Positions 52,401 to 63,538 of a stretch of DNA of 64,000 nucleotides are shown one piece after another. Source of the stretch: an uncultured virus (IMG/VR IMGVR_UViG_3300025759_000075). Its lineage: Duplodnaviria; Heunggongvirae; Uroviricota; Caudoviricetes. The DNA lies in IMG/VR virus record IMGVR_UViG_3300025759_000075, positions 1 to 64,000 of that record. The stretch is one strand, 5' to 3'. Each line of letters opens with the position of its first letter. The stretch's first letter is position 1. A program made the translations under genes and the position numbers. Below the pieces are notes generated by a model. It did no database searches. It was not told the DNA's origin and was given only the letters and a program-made list of their open reading frames with translations.

Positions 52401-53593
52401 CTGAATTAGCCGAAGCAGAAAGCAACTCGACAGTCCTTGAGGAAAACGTGCCTGCGGGCGTGTCCGGTGGCGGTGAGCCTAAACTGGAGCCTGAAGAACC
52501 GACATCGTTGCGCGACACGCTTGCCGACGAACTCAAGAAGGATGCCGAAAGCCAGAAGGAGCCTGCCAAGGATGACGCCTACGCCGCCAAGGGAGCCGAT
52601 GGGGACGAAGATGGCGAGGCCGAAGGAAAGGCGGACAAGGCCGATAAAGACGACGCCAAACCCAAGGAAAAGGCAGAGGGCGACGTAAAGCCTGCCAAGG
52701 AGCGGGCTGAAGACGGCAAGTTCAAGGCGAAAGAAGCGAAAGAGGCAAAAGACGCCAAGGAAGCGGAAGGCGAAAAGCCGGGGCATTACCAGGCACCTGA
52801 GAAATTCCTGCCCGATGCGCGGGAAAAGTGGCTCAATGTGCCCAAGCCGGTGCAGCGCGACATCGACAACATGGCGCGCGAGCACGAAGCCGAGGTGACG
52901 CAGCTTCGTGAAGCAACGCAGCGGTATGAAAGCATCCGTCAATTCGATGAGTTGGCGCAAAGCAATGGCCGCGACCTGACAGAAAGCCTGACGAAGCTCA
53001 ACGAGATCGAGAACGTCATGCAGCAGAATCCCTATGCGGGTCTGAACATGATTCTGCAGGAAATCGGGCCGCGCAAGCCGGATGGCTCGCCTGTGTCGCT
53101 TTACGAAGTGGCGCAGTTCGTGGCGCAGCAGGGGCCGGACAAGTGGCAGCAGATGGTATCGGTGCAGCCGCAACAGCAGCAGCCGCAGGAAAACCCCGAG
53201 GTTGCGCAGTTGAAGCAGCAGATTGCGCAGATGCAGGTCCAGCAGACCGCGCAGAGCGTGATCGAACCATTCAAGGCAGAGCATCCCCGTTACGATGAAT
53301 TGAAGGGGGATATTGCAATGTTCCTGAAGTCTGGTAGGATACCAGCTAGCTTGAGCGCGGCAGACCGTTTGGAGGCTGCTTATTACATGGCTGAGAGGTT
53401 AAACCCTCCTTCCGATGTGCAGGACGCCCCGACGAAGCCAAGCCCTGACGCAGACCGCCGCGTTGACGACCTCAGCGGCACGAAATCCATCAAGTCCGCG
53501 CCGGGTTCTGCATCTCCTGATATGGCTCCTCAGCGCGGTGGTTCCATCGCCGACATTCTTCGCGAAGAAGCACGAAGATCACGTCGAGCATAA
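52397..53593 (+). CDS. Scaffolding protein (phage B)
   Basis: Homolog of 11415-12626. Confidence 0.7.
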   Translation: MTELAEAESNSTVLEENVPAGVSGGGEPKLEPEEPTSLRDTLADELKKDAESQKEPAKDDAYAAKGADGDEDGEAEGKADKADKDDAKPKEKAEGDVKPAKERAEDGKFKAKEAKEAKDAKEAEGEKPGHYQAPEKFLPDAREKWLNVPKPVQRDIDNMAREHEAEVTQLREATQRYESIRQFDELAQSNGRDLTESLTKLNEIENVMQQNPYAGLNMILQEIGPRKPDGSPVSLYEVAQFVAQQGPDKWQQMVSVQPQQQQPQENPEVAQLKQQIAQMQVQQTAQSVIEPFKAEHPRYDELKGDIAMFLKSGRIPASLSAADRLEAAYYMAERLNPPSDVQDAPTKPSPDADRRVDDLSGTKSIKSAPGSASPDMAPQRGGSIADILREEARRSRRA

Positions 53594-53608
53594 TTGAGGG
53601 GTAGCGCA

Positions 53609-54619
53609 ATGGCTATCGTTTCAGATCGTAACTACGGGCAGATTCTGACTGCCTCCGTTGCTCGTCGTTCGTCCGACGTGCAAAATATCGTTTACAACTC
53701 CACTCCCCTGACAGCGATCCTTAAGGACATGGGGAAGATCAAGCAGAAGCGCGCGGGCGGGCCGGAACTTCGTGTCCCGATCATGTTCGACAAGCTCGAA
53801 GCACAGTGGTTCACTGGCTACGACAAGCTGCAGATCACTCCCAAGGAACTGCTGAACAGCGCGGTCTACAACTGGTCGCGTTGCGTTGGTATGTTCTCGC
53901 TCACCGGCACTGAACTGCTTTACAACAGCGGTGAAGACGAAGTTATCGACCTCATGGAAACCTACATGGATGCTGCTGAGCAGTCCGTGAAGGAAGCCTT
54001 CGAGGAAGGTCTCGTCGGTGATGGTACGGCAGACGGTGGTCGCCAGATGACGGGCCTTGGTTCGGCGGTTCCCATCGTCACCAATACCGGCGTATATGGC
54101 GGAATCGACCGTGCAACGGTTCCTAACTGGCGCACGTCCACCTTCGACATCCCGGCTGGCGATGTTGCGGGCTACACCACTTGGGACAGCACCACGGCAC
54201 GGGCGATCATCGAAAAGATCACCCTGCAGCGTTCGCGCGGTGGCCGTTATCCTGACCTGATCATTGCCGACGCCAATTCGTATGCTGCCATCTCGGCTGC
54301 ATTCGTGGCACACCAGCGTCTCGCATCGGAACGTCTGGCACGCCTTGGCTTCACCGGCATGACGATCATCACCCCGGCAGGCCCGGTCGACGTGATCGCA
54401 GCAGGCGGTATCGGCAATGTCATGCCCGCAGATACGTTCTTCGGCATCGATACGCAGGGTATGGCGATCTACACGTTCCCCGGTCAGGAATTCGTTCCTT
54501 TCCATCCGGGCAACGGCATGCGTCCTATCAATCAGGATGCGGTGGCTCAGGGTGTGGTCTGGACAGGGCAGCTTGTCCTTGAAAACCCGCTCTTCACCTA
54601 TCGCGCCATCACGGCCTAA
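53609..54619 (+). CDS. Major capsid protein (phage B)
   Basis: Homolog of 12640-13650. Confidence 0.85.
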   Translation: MAIVSDRNYGQILTASVARRSSDVQNIVYNSTPLTAILKDMGKIKQKRAGGPELRVPIMFDKLEAQWFTGYDKLQITPKELLNSAVYNWSRCVGMFSLTGTELLYNSGEDEVIDLMETYMDAAEQSVKEAFEEGLVGDGTADGGRQMTGLGSAVPIVTNTGVYGGIDRATVPNWRTSTFDIPAGDVAGYTTWDSTTARAIIEKITLQRSRGGRYPDLIIADANSYAAISAAFVAHQRLASERLARLGFTGMTIITPAGPVDVIAAGGIGNVMPADTFFGIDTQGMAIYTFPGQEFVPFHPGNGMRPINQDAVAQGVVWTGQLVLENPLFTYRAITA

Positions 54620-54634
54620 AGAGAGGACTGAAAC

Positions 54635-54952
54635 ATGGTTACTTCACCTTTCCGCACCACTGGCCAGCTTGGCCCGGATCTGCACCAGCAGGTTACTCCG
54701 GGCGAAGTCTGGTACGACAATCCCGATCTTGTCAGCCCCGTCGTGGGGACTCGCGAGACCGGCGACGACGGTTTCGACTATGTCTGGGTTCGCGCTTCTG
54801 CGACCATCTCGGCAGCATCGGCACCGGGCACGCAGGTTTCGATCACGGTTCCTGCTTACACGGCAGCGGCTGGCGCAGGCGGGTTTTATGCCCCGATTGC
54901 CGGTGTAACATCCGGCGATTACTTCTGGGCCAAGAAGGGTTCGACCCTTTAA
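54635..54952 (+). CDS. Putative decoration/minor virion protein (phage B)
   Basis: Near-identical to 13667-13984. Confidence 0.6.
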   Translation: MVTSPFRTTGQLGPDLHQQVTPGEVWYDNPDLVSPVVGTRETGDDGFDYVWVRASATISAASAPGTQVSITVPAYTAAAGAGGFYAPIAGVTSGDYFWAKKGSTL

Positions 54953-54958
54953 TTCGGT

Positions 54959-54988
54959 GGGGGGCCTTTGTGCCCCCTTCCTTCCTCT
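54959..54988 (+). terminator. Probable terminator after capsid genes (phage B)
   Basis: GGGGGC...GCCCCC hairpin with pyrimidine tail, syntenic with 13993-14023. Confidence 0.5.
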
Positions 54989-55005
54989 AGTTGGAGCGTC
55001 CATCC

Positions 55006-55740
55006 ATGACACAGTTAGCAGTTATCGACGAACGGGACCTTTCGGTTACGCCCGTATTCAAAGTTATCCAGGTTGAAGACATCAACGCCTCCGAGCGCGC
55101 GGGCCATCTTGTGATGAAGACGCGCGAAGTCGTAGAGGTGCGCATTGCGGGTTATCGCGATGTGAAGGTTTTCCCCTCTGACGCTGTATGGCGGCGCGAA
55201 GGCAACAGGGCGATCACCTATGCCGAACGCTGGCCTGAACAGTACGCATCCTATCACAATGGCGACGACCAGATGGCAGTGGGCACGCCGCTTGAAATGC
55301 TGCGTCCGTATGGCATTTCGGAATCGATGATTTCGGTCTGCCGCGCGCTGAAGGTGTATTCGATTGAAGCCCTGTATTCTCTTGAGGATCGGGGCCTCAA
55401 GGCGCTCGGCATGAACGGCAATCGGCTAAAGGACGCGGCCCGCCAGTTTATGTCCGAGCGCCAAACCACTGCATCGGCACTGTCCGAGGTTGAAGCCCTT
55501 AAGCAGCGCATTGCCGAGCTTGAGGCATCTGGTTCCAAGGTCGAGGTTCCCAAGGAACTGCCGACTGATGACGATGTGGAGGCTGCGCTGGCTGCATCCG
55601 ATAGCGAGTTTGAGGGTATGAGCGACGACAATATCAAGGAAGAGATCGCGTTGCTTGCAGGTTCCAAGCCGCGCGGGAACCCCTCTCGCGCCACATTAGT
55701 CAACTCCCTGCGCGAATTGCGCGAAGCAAAGGCGGCATAA
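55006..55740 (+). CDS. Conserved phage protein (phage B)
   Basis: Homolog of 14045-14779. Confidence 0.75.
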   Translation: MTQLAVIDERDLSVTPVFKVIQVEDINASERAGHLVMKTREVVEVRIAGYRDVKVFPSDAVWRREGNRAITYAERWPEQYASYHNGDDQMAVGTPLEMLRPYGISESMISVCRALKVYSIEALYSLEDRGLKALGMNGNRLKDAARQFMSERQTTASALSEVEALKQRIAELEASGSKVEVPKELPTDDDVEAALAASDSEFEGMSDDNIKEEIALLAGSKPRGNPSRATLVNSLRELREAKAA

Positions 55741-56463
55741 ATGACGGTTCTTGCGGCTCTCCAATCGGCGGCTCTGCGGCTTGCAGGTCGGAGGCCGCAG
55801 ACCTTCTTCGATGCGTCTGGCCAGCTTGAGCAGGAACTGTGTGATCTTGTAAACGAGGTTGCACAGGACATCGCGCAATACACCGATTGGCAACAGCTTA
55901 TCCGCCTGCATACGATTGTGGGTGACGGGGCGACTTCGGAATTTCCTCTGCCCGACGATTATGGCAGCTTTCCTATCAAGGGAGACGTGCAGGACTATAC
56001 GACGTGGGCGTGGGGGTATCACCACTACACCGACCTCGATACGTTCCTGTTCGATCAGGCGCGCAACTTCAACGCACTACCGGGCGGCTGGATTATCTAC
56101 GGCGACCTGATGCGGTTCTCGCCTGTTCCGGGTGAGACTGTGCAGGCGCGCTTCCCGTATCTGACAAAGAACATCGTCCGTGCGTTTTCCACAGTTCCGA
56201 AAGAAGAGTTCACGGCAGACGACGATACGTTTCTTCTGCCCGAACGCCTTCTGACGCTTGGACTCGTATGGCGCTGGCGCGAGAATAAAGGTCTTGCTAG
56301 CACTGGCGACCAGGAAGCGTATATCAAGGCTCTCGACGATTACGCAGCAAAGAGTAAGGGGCCGGTTGTGATCAGACGTAACGGCGCAAGGCACTTTCCA
56401 GGAACGCACGCCGCCTTTCCATGGCCCCTCGGTGAGGGTGCCAATTACTGGCCCGCTGGCTGA
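55741..56463 (+). CDS. Head-tail adaptor (phage B)
   Basis: Homolog of 14780-15502. Confidence 0.7.
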   Translation: MTVLAALQSAALRLAGRRPQTFFDASGQLEQELCDLVNEVAQDIAQYTDWQQLIRLHTIVGDGATSEFPLPDDYGSFPIKGDVQDYTTWAWGYHHYTDLDTFLFDQARNFNALPGGWIIYGDLMRFSPVPGETVQARFPYLTKNIVRAFSTVPKEEFTADDDTFLLPERLLTLGLVWRWRENKGLASTGDQEAYIKALDDYAAKSKGPVVIRRNGARHFPGTHAAFPWPLGEGANYWPAG

Positions 56464-58379
56464 TGGTTTATCCTCGCCGCCGAATGCAACCCAAGCCAAG
56501 GCGCTCGCAGACGCGTAAGTGGCCTGCGCCTGTCTCCGGCTGGGTATCCAATCGCATGCTGTCTGATCCCAAGTCCATTGAGGGGCCGGGCGCTGCGGTC
56601 ATGGATAACTTCTTTCCCCGCTCGACGGGTGTTGCGCTGCGCAGGGGCAAAGCGCGCTATGCCACGCTTGAAGATGAGGCGTTGGATGTCGAGGCTTTGT
56701 TCACCTATCACGATGGCACAAGCGAGCAGATGTTTGCGGCAAATGAAACGACCATTTATGACGTAACCAACGTGGTATTCCCTGAGCCGCAAGACCTGGG
56801 CGATGGTGACGGCGATTCCTTCGGGGACGGTGAAGGCAATATCATTGGCTGGAACTCGACGGCGGGCCTTGATGTGGCAGGCGGTTATACCTCCGGCGAC
56901 TGGTCGGTTATCCAGTTTGCCACAACAGGCGGGATTTACCTTGTCGGGGTCAATGGTTCGGATCTGGGCTTTATCTTCGACGGTGAGCGGTTTTATCCGG
57001 CTGTCGATGGCGGCACGACGCAGCTTAATTATGACGGGCTGACAGAAGACTTCGTAACCGGCGAAACGATCACGGGCGGCACAAGCGGGGCGACAGCTAC
57101 GCTATGGCGGCAAGAAGTGGCAACCGATACAACCGGACAGCTATTCCTCTACAACGTGACAGGCACGTTCGTGGATGACGATGTTCTGACGGGTGAAACG
57201 GCAGGGGAGGCAGATGCGATTGGCGCGCCTATTCCTGACGTAGCGCCGGGGATGGACTTCGGATCGCTGACTAGCGCAGACATGTCGTTCGTGTGGTCCT
57301 ACAAGAACAGGCTCTATTTCGCGCAGAAGAACAGCCTTTCGGCATGGTATCTCGACGTTGATAGCATCGGCGGCACGGCAACCGAATTTCCGATGGGGGG
57401 CATTTTCGCCAACGGCGGTTCGCTGATGTTCGGGCAGCGGTGGTCGCTGGAATCGGGCGGTTCTGGCGGTCTGTCGGAGCAGAACATATTCGTGTCGACC
57501 GAAGGCGAGGTGGCTATCTATCAGGGCACGTCGCCTAACGAAGCCTCTACATGGTCGCTGGTCGGGGTTTATCGCATTGGTGCGCCGCTTGGGAAACGCG
57601 CTTACATTCGCGGAGGTGGCGACTTGGCCATTGCCACGTCGGTCGGGCTGGTGCCGCTTTCCAAGGCTATTTCGCTGGATGTCACGGCCATGAACGTAGC
57701 ATCGATCAGCTACAAGATTGCCGACGCTTGGACGGAGGCTGTCAATCTGCGCGGAGAGCAGAACTGGCAGTGCATGATATGGCCGGAAAAGAAGATGGCC
57801 GTTATCGCGTTGCCAGACATGGTGGGGGGCAGCGATCCGGTGATGTTCGTTTCCAATACCGAAACGGGCGCATGGGGGCGTTATACGAACTGGCAGGGCC
57901 TTTCGATGGCGGTCTATCAGGGACAGCTTTATTTCGGCTCGCCTGAGGGGCGTATCTATCAGGCAGAAACAGGCGGGCTGGATGATGGGGAAACCTATTC
58001 GGGCGCAGTTGTGCCGCTGTTCGATGACATGGCGTTCTCTGCCGGCTCCAAGGTTGGCAAGATGGCGCGTGCGCGCGTGCGTGCCTCGACTACGATTGTC
58101 GATAATGTATCCCTGTTGGCCGATTATGACGTGACGCTTCCGCCTGCTCCCGATGCGACTGCCGTGTTCGCGTCCAACACATGGGGCGCAGGCGTATGGG
58201 GGCAATCGACATGGGATTCCGCAACGCCGAACGTGCTTAATCAGGAATGGCGATCTGCGGGCGCTATCGGGTATTCGCTTGCACCGTGTTACCAAGTAAG
58301 TAGCGGAAGTCCTGCGTCGATACAGGTCGAATTGATCGATATTGAAATGCTCTACGATGTCGCTGAGGCGGTGACTTGA
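56463..58379 (+). CDS. Tail nozzle protein (phage B)
   Basis: Homolog of 15502-17415. Confidence 0.7.
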   Translation: MVYPRRRMQPKPRRSQTRKWPAPVSGWVSNRMLSDPKSIEGPGAAVMDNFFPRSTGVALRRGKARYATLEDEALDVEALFTYHDGTSEQMFAANETTIYDVTNVVFPEPQDLGDGDGDSFGDGEGNIIGWNSTAGLDVAGGYTSGDWSVIQFATTGGIYLVGVNGSDLGFIFDGERFYPAVDGGTTQLNYDGLTEDFVTGETITGGTSGATATLWRQEVATDTTGQLFLYNVTGTFVDDDVLTGETAGEADAIGAPIPDVAPGMDFGSLTSADMSFVWSYKNRLYFAQKNSLSAWYLDVDSIGGTATEFPMGGIFANGGSLMFGQRWSLESGGSGGLSEQNIFVSTEGEVAIYQGTSPNEASTWSLVGVYRIGAPLGKRAYIRGGGDLAIATSVGLVPLSKAISLDVTAMNVASISYKIADAWTEAVNLRGEQNWQCMIWPEKKMAVIALPDMVGGSDPVMFVSNTETGAWGRYTNWQGLSMAVYQGQLYFGSPEGRIYQAETGGLDDGETYSGAVVPLFDDMAFSAGSKVGKMARARVRASTTIVDNVSLLADYDVTLPPAPDATAVFASNTWGAGVWGQSTWDSATPNVLNQEWRSAGAIGYSLAPCYQVSSGSPASIQVELIDIEMLYDVAEAVT

Positions 58380-58780
58380 TCGTAACCGGCGAACACGTCG
58401 CGCAATTCGTTTCCCAAAAGATAGGCGTGGGGTTGTGCCCACCTTACACGACGCTTGGGCTAGAGCGCGATGGTGTGCTTGTCGGCGGTGTCGTGCTGAA
58501 TTGCTGGGAGGGTGCAGACATACATCTAACGGCAGCGGGGGCGCATTGGACGCCGGGTTTTATGCGTGCTGTAGGACGGTATGTTTTTGATCAGCTTGGA
58601 TGCCTGCGTTTCACGATGGAAACGGAAAAGCCTGCAGTGGCGGAATATGCCAAGAGGCTCGGCGGTGTGGTTGAGGGGAGATTAAGGGACCACTTTGGCG
58701 AGGGCCGCGATGCGATCATTATCGGGGTCTTGAAAAAGGATTACGCTTACTATAGACATGGCGAAACCGAGCGCCGCTGA
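58376..58780 (+). CDS. GNAT-fold protein (phage B)
   Basis: Homolog of 17412-17816. Confidence 0.7.
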   Translation: MIVTGEHVAQFVSQKIGVGLCPPYTTLGLERDGVLVGGVVLNCWEGADIHLTAAGAHWTPGFMRAVGRYVFDQLGCLRFTMETEKPAVAEYAKRLGGVVEGRLRDHFGEGRDAIIIGVLKKDYAYYRHGETERR

Positions 58781-58817
58781 ATTCCTTCAGGTGCTTCCAC
58801 TAAACAGGAAGCATGCC

Positions 58818-59636
58818 TTGAAATCTCCTAAGCAGCCAACTCCGCCAGATCCTAACGTGGTCGCGCAAGCCCAAGCCGGGATGAACATCGACACGGCTCT
58901 TGCTCAGCAGAGCCTCAACATGGTTGATACGGTGAACCCGTGGGGCACGACCAGCTATGCGCAAAACGGCCAGACAAGCTTTGTCGATAGCAACGGTCAG
59001 CGCGTTACGCTGCCGCGCTATACCCAAACCACTAACTTATCGCCAGAACAACAGGCGATTTTCGACGCCTCGCAGGGCGCGCAGACGAACCTTGCCAATA
59101 TCGCGCAGGAACAGTCTGGCCGTGTGCAGGAAACTCTTTCCGACCCGTTCCAGTTTACCAATCAGGATGCAGCCGATTGGGCCTATGATCTGGGCCAGTC
59201 ACGCATTGCTCCCCAGCAGCAGCAGACCGAAGCCGCGCTTCGTGATCGGCTGATCAATTCCGGCATTCGCCCCGGCACACAGGCTTGGGATTCGGAGATG
59301 GCCCGCATGACGCAGGGCTTTAACGATCAGAACAACCAGTTAGCTTTGCAGGGCCGTGGACAGGCGTTTTCCGAGAACCTTGCCACGCGGAATCAGTCGC
59401 TTAATGAGTTGTCCGCGCTACTCTCCGGCTCGCAGGTATCGAACCCTGCGCAGATGTCGTCTGCCACGCCTCAAGTAGGGGTCGGTGGGGTCGATTATTC
59501 CGGCATGGTCCAGAACAATTACAACAACCAGATGCAGCAGTATAACGCCCAGATGCAAAATCGCGGCGGTATGCTCGGTGGCTTATTTGGCTTGGCAGGC
59601 TCGCTTGGCGGCGCTGCTATTCGAAGGGGTTTCTGA
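58818..59636 (+). CDS. DNA ejection (pilot) protein (phage B; TTG start)
   Basis: Homolog of 17857-18675. Confidence 0.65.
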   Translation: MKSPKQPTPPDPNVVAQAQAGMNIDTALAQQSLNMVDTVNPWGTTSYAQNGQTSFVDSNGQRVTLPRYTQTTNLSPEQQAIFDASQGAQTNLANIAQEQSGRVQETLSDPFQFTNQDAADWAYDLGQSRIAPQQQQTEAALRDRLINSGIRPGTQAWDSEMARMTQGFNDQNNQLALQGRGQAFSENLATRNQSLNELSALLSGSQVSNPAQMSSATPQVGVGGVDYSGMVQNNYNNQMQQYNAQMQNRGGMLGGLFGLAGSLGGAAIRRGF

Positions 59637-60400
59637 TGATCCTCCCACAGTCTGCAATGGCCGCAGTCGATCCCGTAGCGCAGGCTTTGACGCCTGAAGC
59701 CGCGTTCACTTGGGCGCATGGTGGCTTGAAGATGACGCCGGAACAAGCGGCAATGCAGCGTCAACAGGGTATGGCGCGTAGCCGGGGTGATTACTCGCCT
59801 ATCCAGCATTGGACACAGGGCCTTGCGCGTGTGGCGGATAACGTCATGGGTGCACTAGAGGCACGTAAAGCCGACAAGCAGATTGCAGCGGGTGCAGATG
59901 CAGACCGCGCGCTGATGGAAGCGATTGCGGGCGGTGGTGTGGATGACACCATGATCGCCCGCGCACTAATGGACCCTAATGTAGGGCAGGGCGTGAAAGA
60001 GTTTGCGGGCATGGAGTATGCCGCGCGTAGGCCCAAGCAACAGGCTCCGCTAGAGGTTGAGCGGCTAGCTATGCTGGCGAACGATCCCAGCGCAGCGCCT
60101 TACGTGCGCGAGGCAGCAGCGGCCAAGCTTCGCAATCAAAACGATCCGCTTATCACAACGACCTTGCCGGGTGACAGGTTCTATTCGGGGCCGCAATCCG
60201 GTCTGGCAGCAGCATTGGGAGGAGGTGGTCAAGAATCTGGGGCACAGTCTACGGCGGTGCCTCCCGAGGCGGTGGCGGACCTAATGGCCGATCCGTCACC
60301 GCAGGCTATGGCAGAGTTTGATGACGCATTCGGACAGGGTGCGGCAGAGCGCGCTCTAGGAGGTCAGGCGTCCGCGCCTGATCCCTTTCCCGCAAGTTAG
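59636..60400 (+). CDS. Internal virion / ejection protein (phage B)
   Basis: Homolog of 18675-19376. Confidence 0.65.
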   Translation: MILPQSAMAAVDPVAQALTPEAAFTWAHGGLKMTPEQAAMQRQQGMARSRGDYSPIQHWTQGLARVADNVMGALEARKADKQIAAGADADRALMEAIAGGGVDDTMIARALMDPNVGQGVKEFAGMEYAARRPKQQAPLEVERLAMLANDPSAAPYVREAAAAKLRNQNDPLITTTLPGDRFYSGPQSGLAAALGGGGQESGAQSTAVPPEAVADLMADPSPQAMAEFDDAFGQGAAERALGGQASAPDPFPAS

Positions 60401-60407
60401 CGGAAAC

Positions 60408-60782
60408 ATGCTCGACAACATCACTATGCAGGCCGAAAGTAATGGCAGGCGTTATGGTGCAGGCGGTGGACTGCTGCGCTCACCTAAGGGAGCGATGGGG
60501 GAAATGCAGGTAATGCCAGCGACAGCCCGAGATCCCGGCTATGGCGTGCGCCCTTGGGACGGTTCGTCGCCGGATGATCTAGCCCGCGTTGGCCGCGATT
60601 ATCGCAGGGCCATGGAGCGGGAGTTCGGCGGGGACTATGCGGCGATGTTCGGGGCTTATAACGCTGGGCCTGGCCGCGTAAGGCAATTGCTGGATCGTTA
60701 CGGCGGCGACTGGTTGCGCTATGCTCCTGCTGAAACCCGTAACTATGTAAACAAAAACATGCGCGCTCTGAGGGGCAGATAA
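60408..60782 (+). CDS. Lytic transglycosylase (SLT) domain (phage B)
   Basis: AES.G, SPKGAMG.MQVMPATA, AYNAGPGRV, ETRNYV. Confidence 0.85.
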   Translation: MLDNITMQAESNGRRYGAGGGLLRSPKGAMGEMQVMPATARDPGYGVRPWDGSSPDDLARVGRDYRRAMEREFGGDYAAMFGAYNAGPGRVRQLLDRYGGDWLRYAPAETRNYVNKNMRALRGR

Positions 60783-63538
60783 TGGCTGAAAATCGTTTCC
60801 AGAAATATGTCCAGCCACAGCAGGGCGTAGTGTTCACCGATCCGAACGCGGCGGCGGAGCAGCAGCGCGAAGAAGATCGCCTTGCGATGGATCGCGAGCG
60901 CATTAGGTTAGCTCGCGAAGCTGCCGACAGAGCAGCGGCTAACGACGCCATCACGCGCGAAGAAAAGGCTGCTGAAAAAGCGCAAGCTGACAAGGAGGCT
61001 GCGGCACTAGAGGCCGCGCAGCGTAGCCAAGTGCGCGAAACTGCCGCTACTATGAGCACGGTTATCGAGAAAGCAAAGGAGGCGAAGCGTAGATCGAACG
61101 ATTGGTTCGCTACTGGCTTTGGCGCGGAAACTGCTCTTGATTGGGGCGGCTCGGCAGCGGCAGACGTTCGAGAACTGCTTGCGCCGATTAAGGCTAATCA
61201 GGCTTTCACCACGCTTCAGAAAATGCGCGAGGCTTCGCCAACTGGTGGCGCGCTTGGTGCGGTATCCGAACGCGAACTTGCCCTGCTTCAAAGCACGATC
61301 ACCGGCCTTGAGCAGTCGCAGTCTGATGCGCAATTCCAGTATGCAATGGACGAGATTGTCCAGCGTTACACGCGCGCCCTTGCCGCGCTGGAAGATGGCG
61401 ACCGCTATTACCGTGAAAACGGCTCGATGGAAGGCTATGTCGGCCCTTCAGATGAATATCTGAACAGCTACAATCCTGACAATCCAGAGCCTAGAGGAGC
61501 CGCGGGTTCCGGCGCTACGCAAACCAGCCTTGAACTGCCGCAGGAATACCAGGATCGTCACGCGGCCTATCTGCGCCAGAATTGGGGCAATATCACGCCT
61601 GATGGTTATGCGCAGTTCCGTGCTGGGCTTGATAACGAGTTCCCAGAGTACGGCTCGCCTAACCTTGAGGCATACCGCGATATTGTTCCCTCCTTCAACC
61701 AGATGGCGGCAGAGGGGCAACCTCCTGAAGCCGCAGGGCAGGTTCCTGCTGCAACGCGCGAACTGTCTGGATTCGATCAGTTCCGTAATAATATTATCTC
61801 AGACCCTTTAGGTACAGGGGTAACGTCCGCGATCAATAGTGCCACAGGCGGCCTTCCTGATTTGCTCGCGGGTCGCAGGTTGCAGGCGGCGGAAGAGCTT
61901 AACCCTAAAGCAGCCTTTGTGGGCGACCTTGTTGGCAGTACGGCAGGATCTGCACTTTTTGGTAGCGGCCTGACTGTTGCGGGGGCGGGCAAGTTCGCTC
62001 CGTTTCTCGGTGATGCGCTTTACGGGACAATGTACGGCGCAACCAGCGATGAAGACCCTGTAACTGGCGCATTGCTTGGCTTAGGTTCGTCTATAGTGGG
62101 CGACCAGGCTGGTAAATACGCGGGCCGTGCAATCAACTCGATCCGTCTGCCTGATATGAACCTTTCCGAAGGGCAGCGGGTCATTACCCAGACGGTGCGC
62201 GAAGCGGGTAATCAGGATGAAATCGCACGCGCGCTAATGAGCGCCGATGAACTTGGCGTGCCGATGACGCTGGCCGACGCATCTCCTGAATTACAGTCTC
62301 TTGCCGGTTCGGCAGTTCGCTTCTCTCCGACCACGGCGGGCGTAGCGCGGCAGACCATGGCGCGCAGGAACGAAGGCCAGTTTGACCGGCTTGCCGAGGC
62401 AGTGGCGCGTGATCTTGGCCCGGTTGAGAATATCCCTCAGCGCAGCGCCGATCTATTGCAGCAGGCACGCACTAATGCAGGGCCGTTGTATGAGCAGGCT
62501 TATGCGGCTCCAGGTGCGGATATGGTGGACCTTACCGACCTTGCCGACCGTCCGACATTCGAAAAGGCATTGCGCGAAGCCTATAACGAGGTGCTTGACG
62601 AAGGTCTTGACCCGTCTGCCGCTGGCATTGTCCAGACTGAAGGTGGCATGGTCATGGCCTCGCCGTCATGGCAGTCCTTGGACTATGCGAAGCGCGGTCT
62701 GGACAACATTATTGAACGCGGTATTCGGCAAGGCGATATGCCGGAAGTACGCCGTGCACAGGCTATGAAATCAACCCTATTGCAGCGCATGGATGAAGCC
62801 AATCCCGCCTATGCGGAGGCTCGTCGCGCTTATGCAGGGCCAGCGCAGGAGCGTTCGTTTATGGAGCGTGGACGCAACGTGTTCAAAGAAGATTCCGAAC
62901 AGTTGGGCGTGGATATAGCCAATCTGACGCCGGAACAAATCGGCCAAACGAGGCTCGGCGTTCAAAGCGGCACGATGCGCGAGGCGCGCAAGGTGCGGAA
63001 CAACGGCAACCCGTGGGGTAGAATGGACAACCCTGAACGGGAAGCCATCTATAAAAATGTCTATGCCAGCGCCGAAGATGCCGACATCGCGCGGCTGCTG
63101 TCTCAGCGGGACCTGGAACTTCAGCTTGCAGGAAGCGCCAATCGTCTCATTGGCAACAGCGCCACGGCGGAACGCGAGATTCAAGACGAGTTCTTCAAGC
63201 ATCGCACCGGCATGGGCGGCGATGTCGCAATGGGTATTGTTGAAACCGGCGCGCTCGGTGGGCCGTGGCTGACCGTAGGCAAAGGTATTGCAGATCGCGT
63301 GTTCAAGGATCGTCGCGAAAAAGCTGCAGCAACCGCAAACCGCGCACTAGCCGACGATCTTGGCCCGCTGTTGCTCAATCAGTCGCCTACAAGCTCGGTT
63401 GATGCCTTGTCGCAGATGATGGCTGAGGATGAAGCCTATCGCGCTATTGCGGAAAGCCTGACGCAGCAGGGTGACATGTGGGGCCGCCGTATCGGAACAG
63501 GGGCAGCTACGGCGCTAACCGATTACCTGGCTTACTAA
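60782..63538 (+). CDS. Large DNA ejection / transfer protein (phage B)
   Basis: Homolog of 19755-22556. Confidence 0.7.
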   Translation: MAENRFQKYVQPQQGVVFTDPNAAAEQQREEDRLAMDRERIRLAREAADRAAANDAITREEKAAEKAQADKEAAALEAAQRSQVRETAATMSTVIEKAKEAKRRSNDWFATGFGAETALDWGGSAAADVRELLAPIKANQAFTTLQKMREASPTGGALGAVSERELALLQSTITGLEQSQSDAQFQYAMDEIVQRYTRALAALEDGDRYYRENGSMEGYVGPSDEYLNSYNPDNPEPRGAAGSGATQTSLELPQEYQDRHAAYLRQNWGNITPDGYAQFRAGLDNEFPEYGSPNLEAYRDIVPSFNQMAAEGQPPEAAGQVPAATRELSGFDQFRNNIISDPLGTGVTSAINSATGGLPDLLAGRRLQAAEELNPKAAFVGDLVGSTAGSALFGSGLTVAGAGKFAPFLGDALYGTMYGATSDEDPVTGALLGLGSSIVGDQAGKYAGRAINSIRLPDMNLSEGQRVITQTVREAGNQDEIARALMSADELGVPMTLADASPELQSLAGSAVRFSPTTAGVARQTMARRNEGQFDRLAEAVARDLGPVENIPQRSADLLQQARTNAGPLYEQAYAAPGADMVDLTDLADRPTFEKALREAYNEVLDEGLDPSAAGIVQTEGGMVMASPSWQSLDYAKRGLDNIIERGIRQGDMPEVRRAQAMKSTLLQRMDEANPAYAEARRAYAGPAQERSFMERGRNVFKEDSEQLGVDIANLTPEQIGQTRLGVQSGTMREARKVRNNGNPWGRMDNPEREAIYKNVYASAEDADIARLLSQRDLELQLAGSANRLIGNSATAEREIQDEFFKHRTGMGGDVAMGIVETGALGGPWLTVGKGIADRVFKDRREKAAATANRALADDLGPLLLNQSPTSSVDALSQMMAEDEAYRAIAESLTQQGDMWGRRIGTGAATALTDYLAY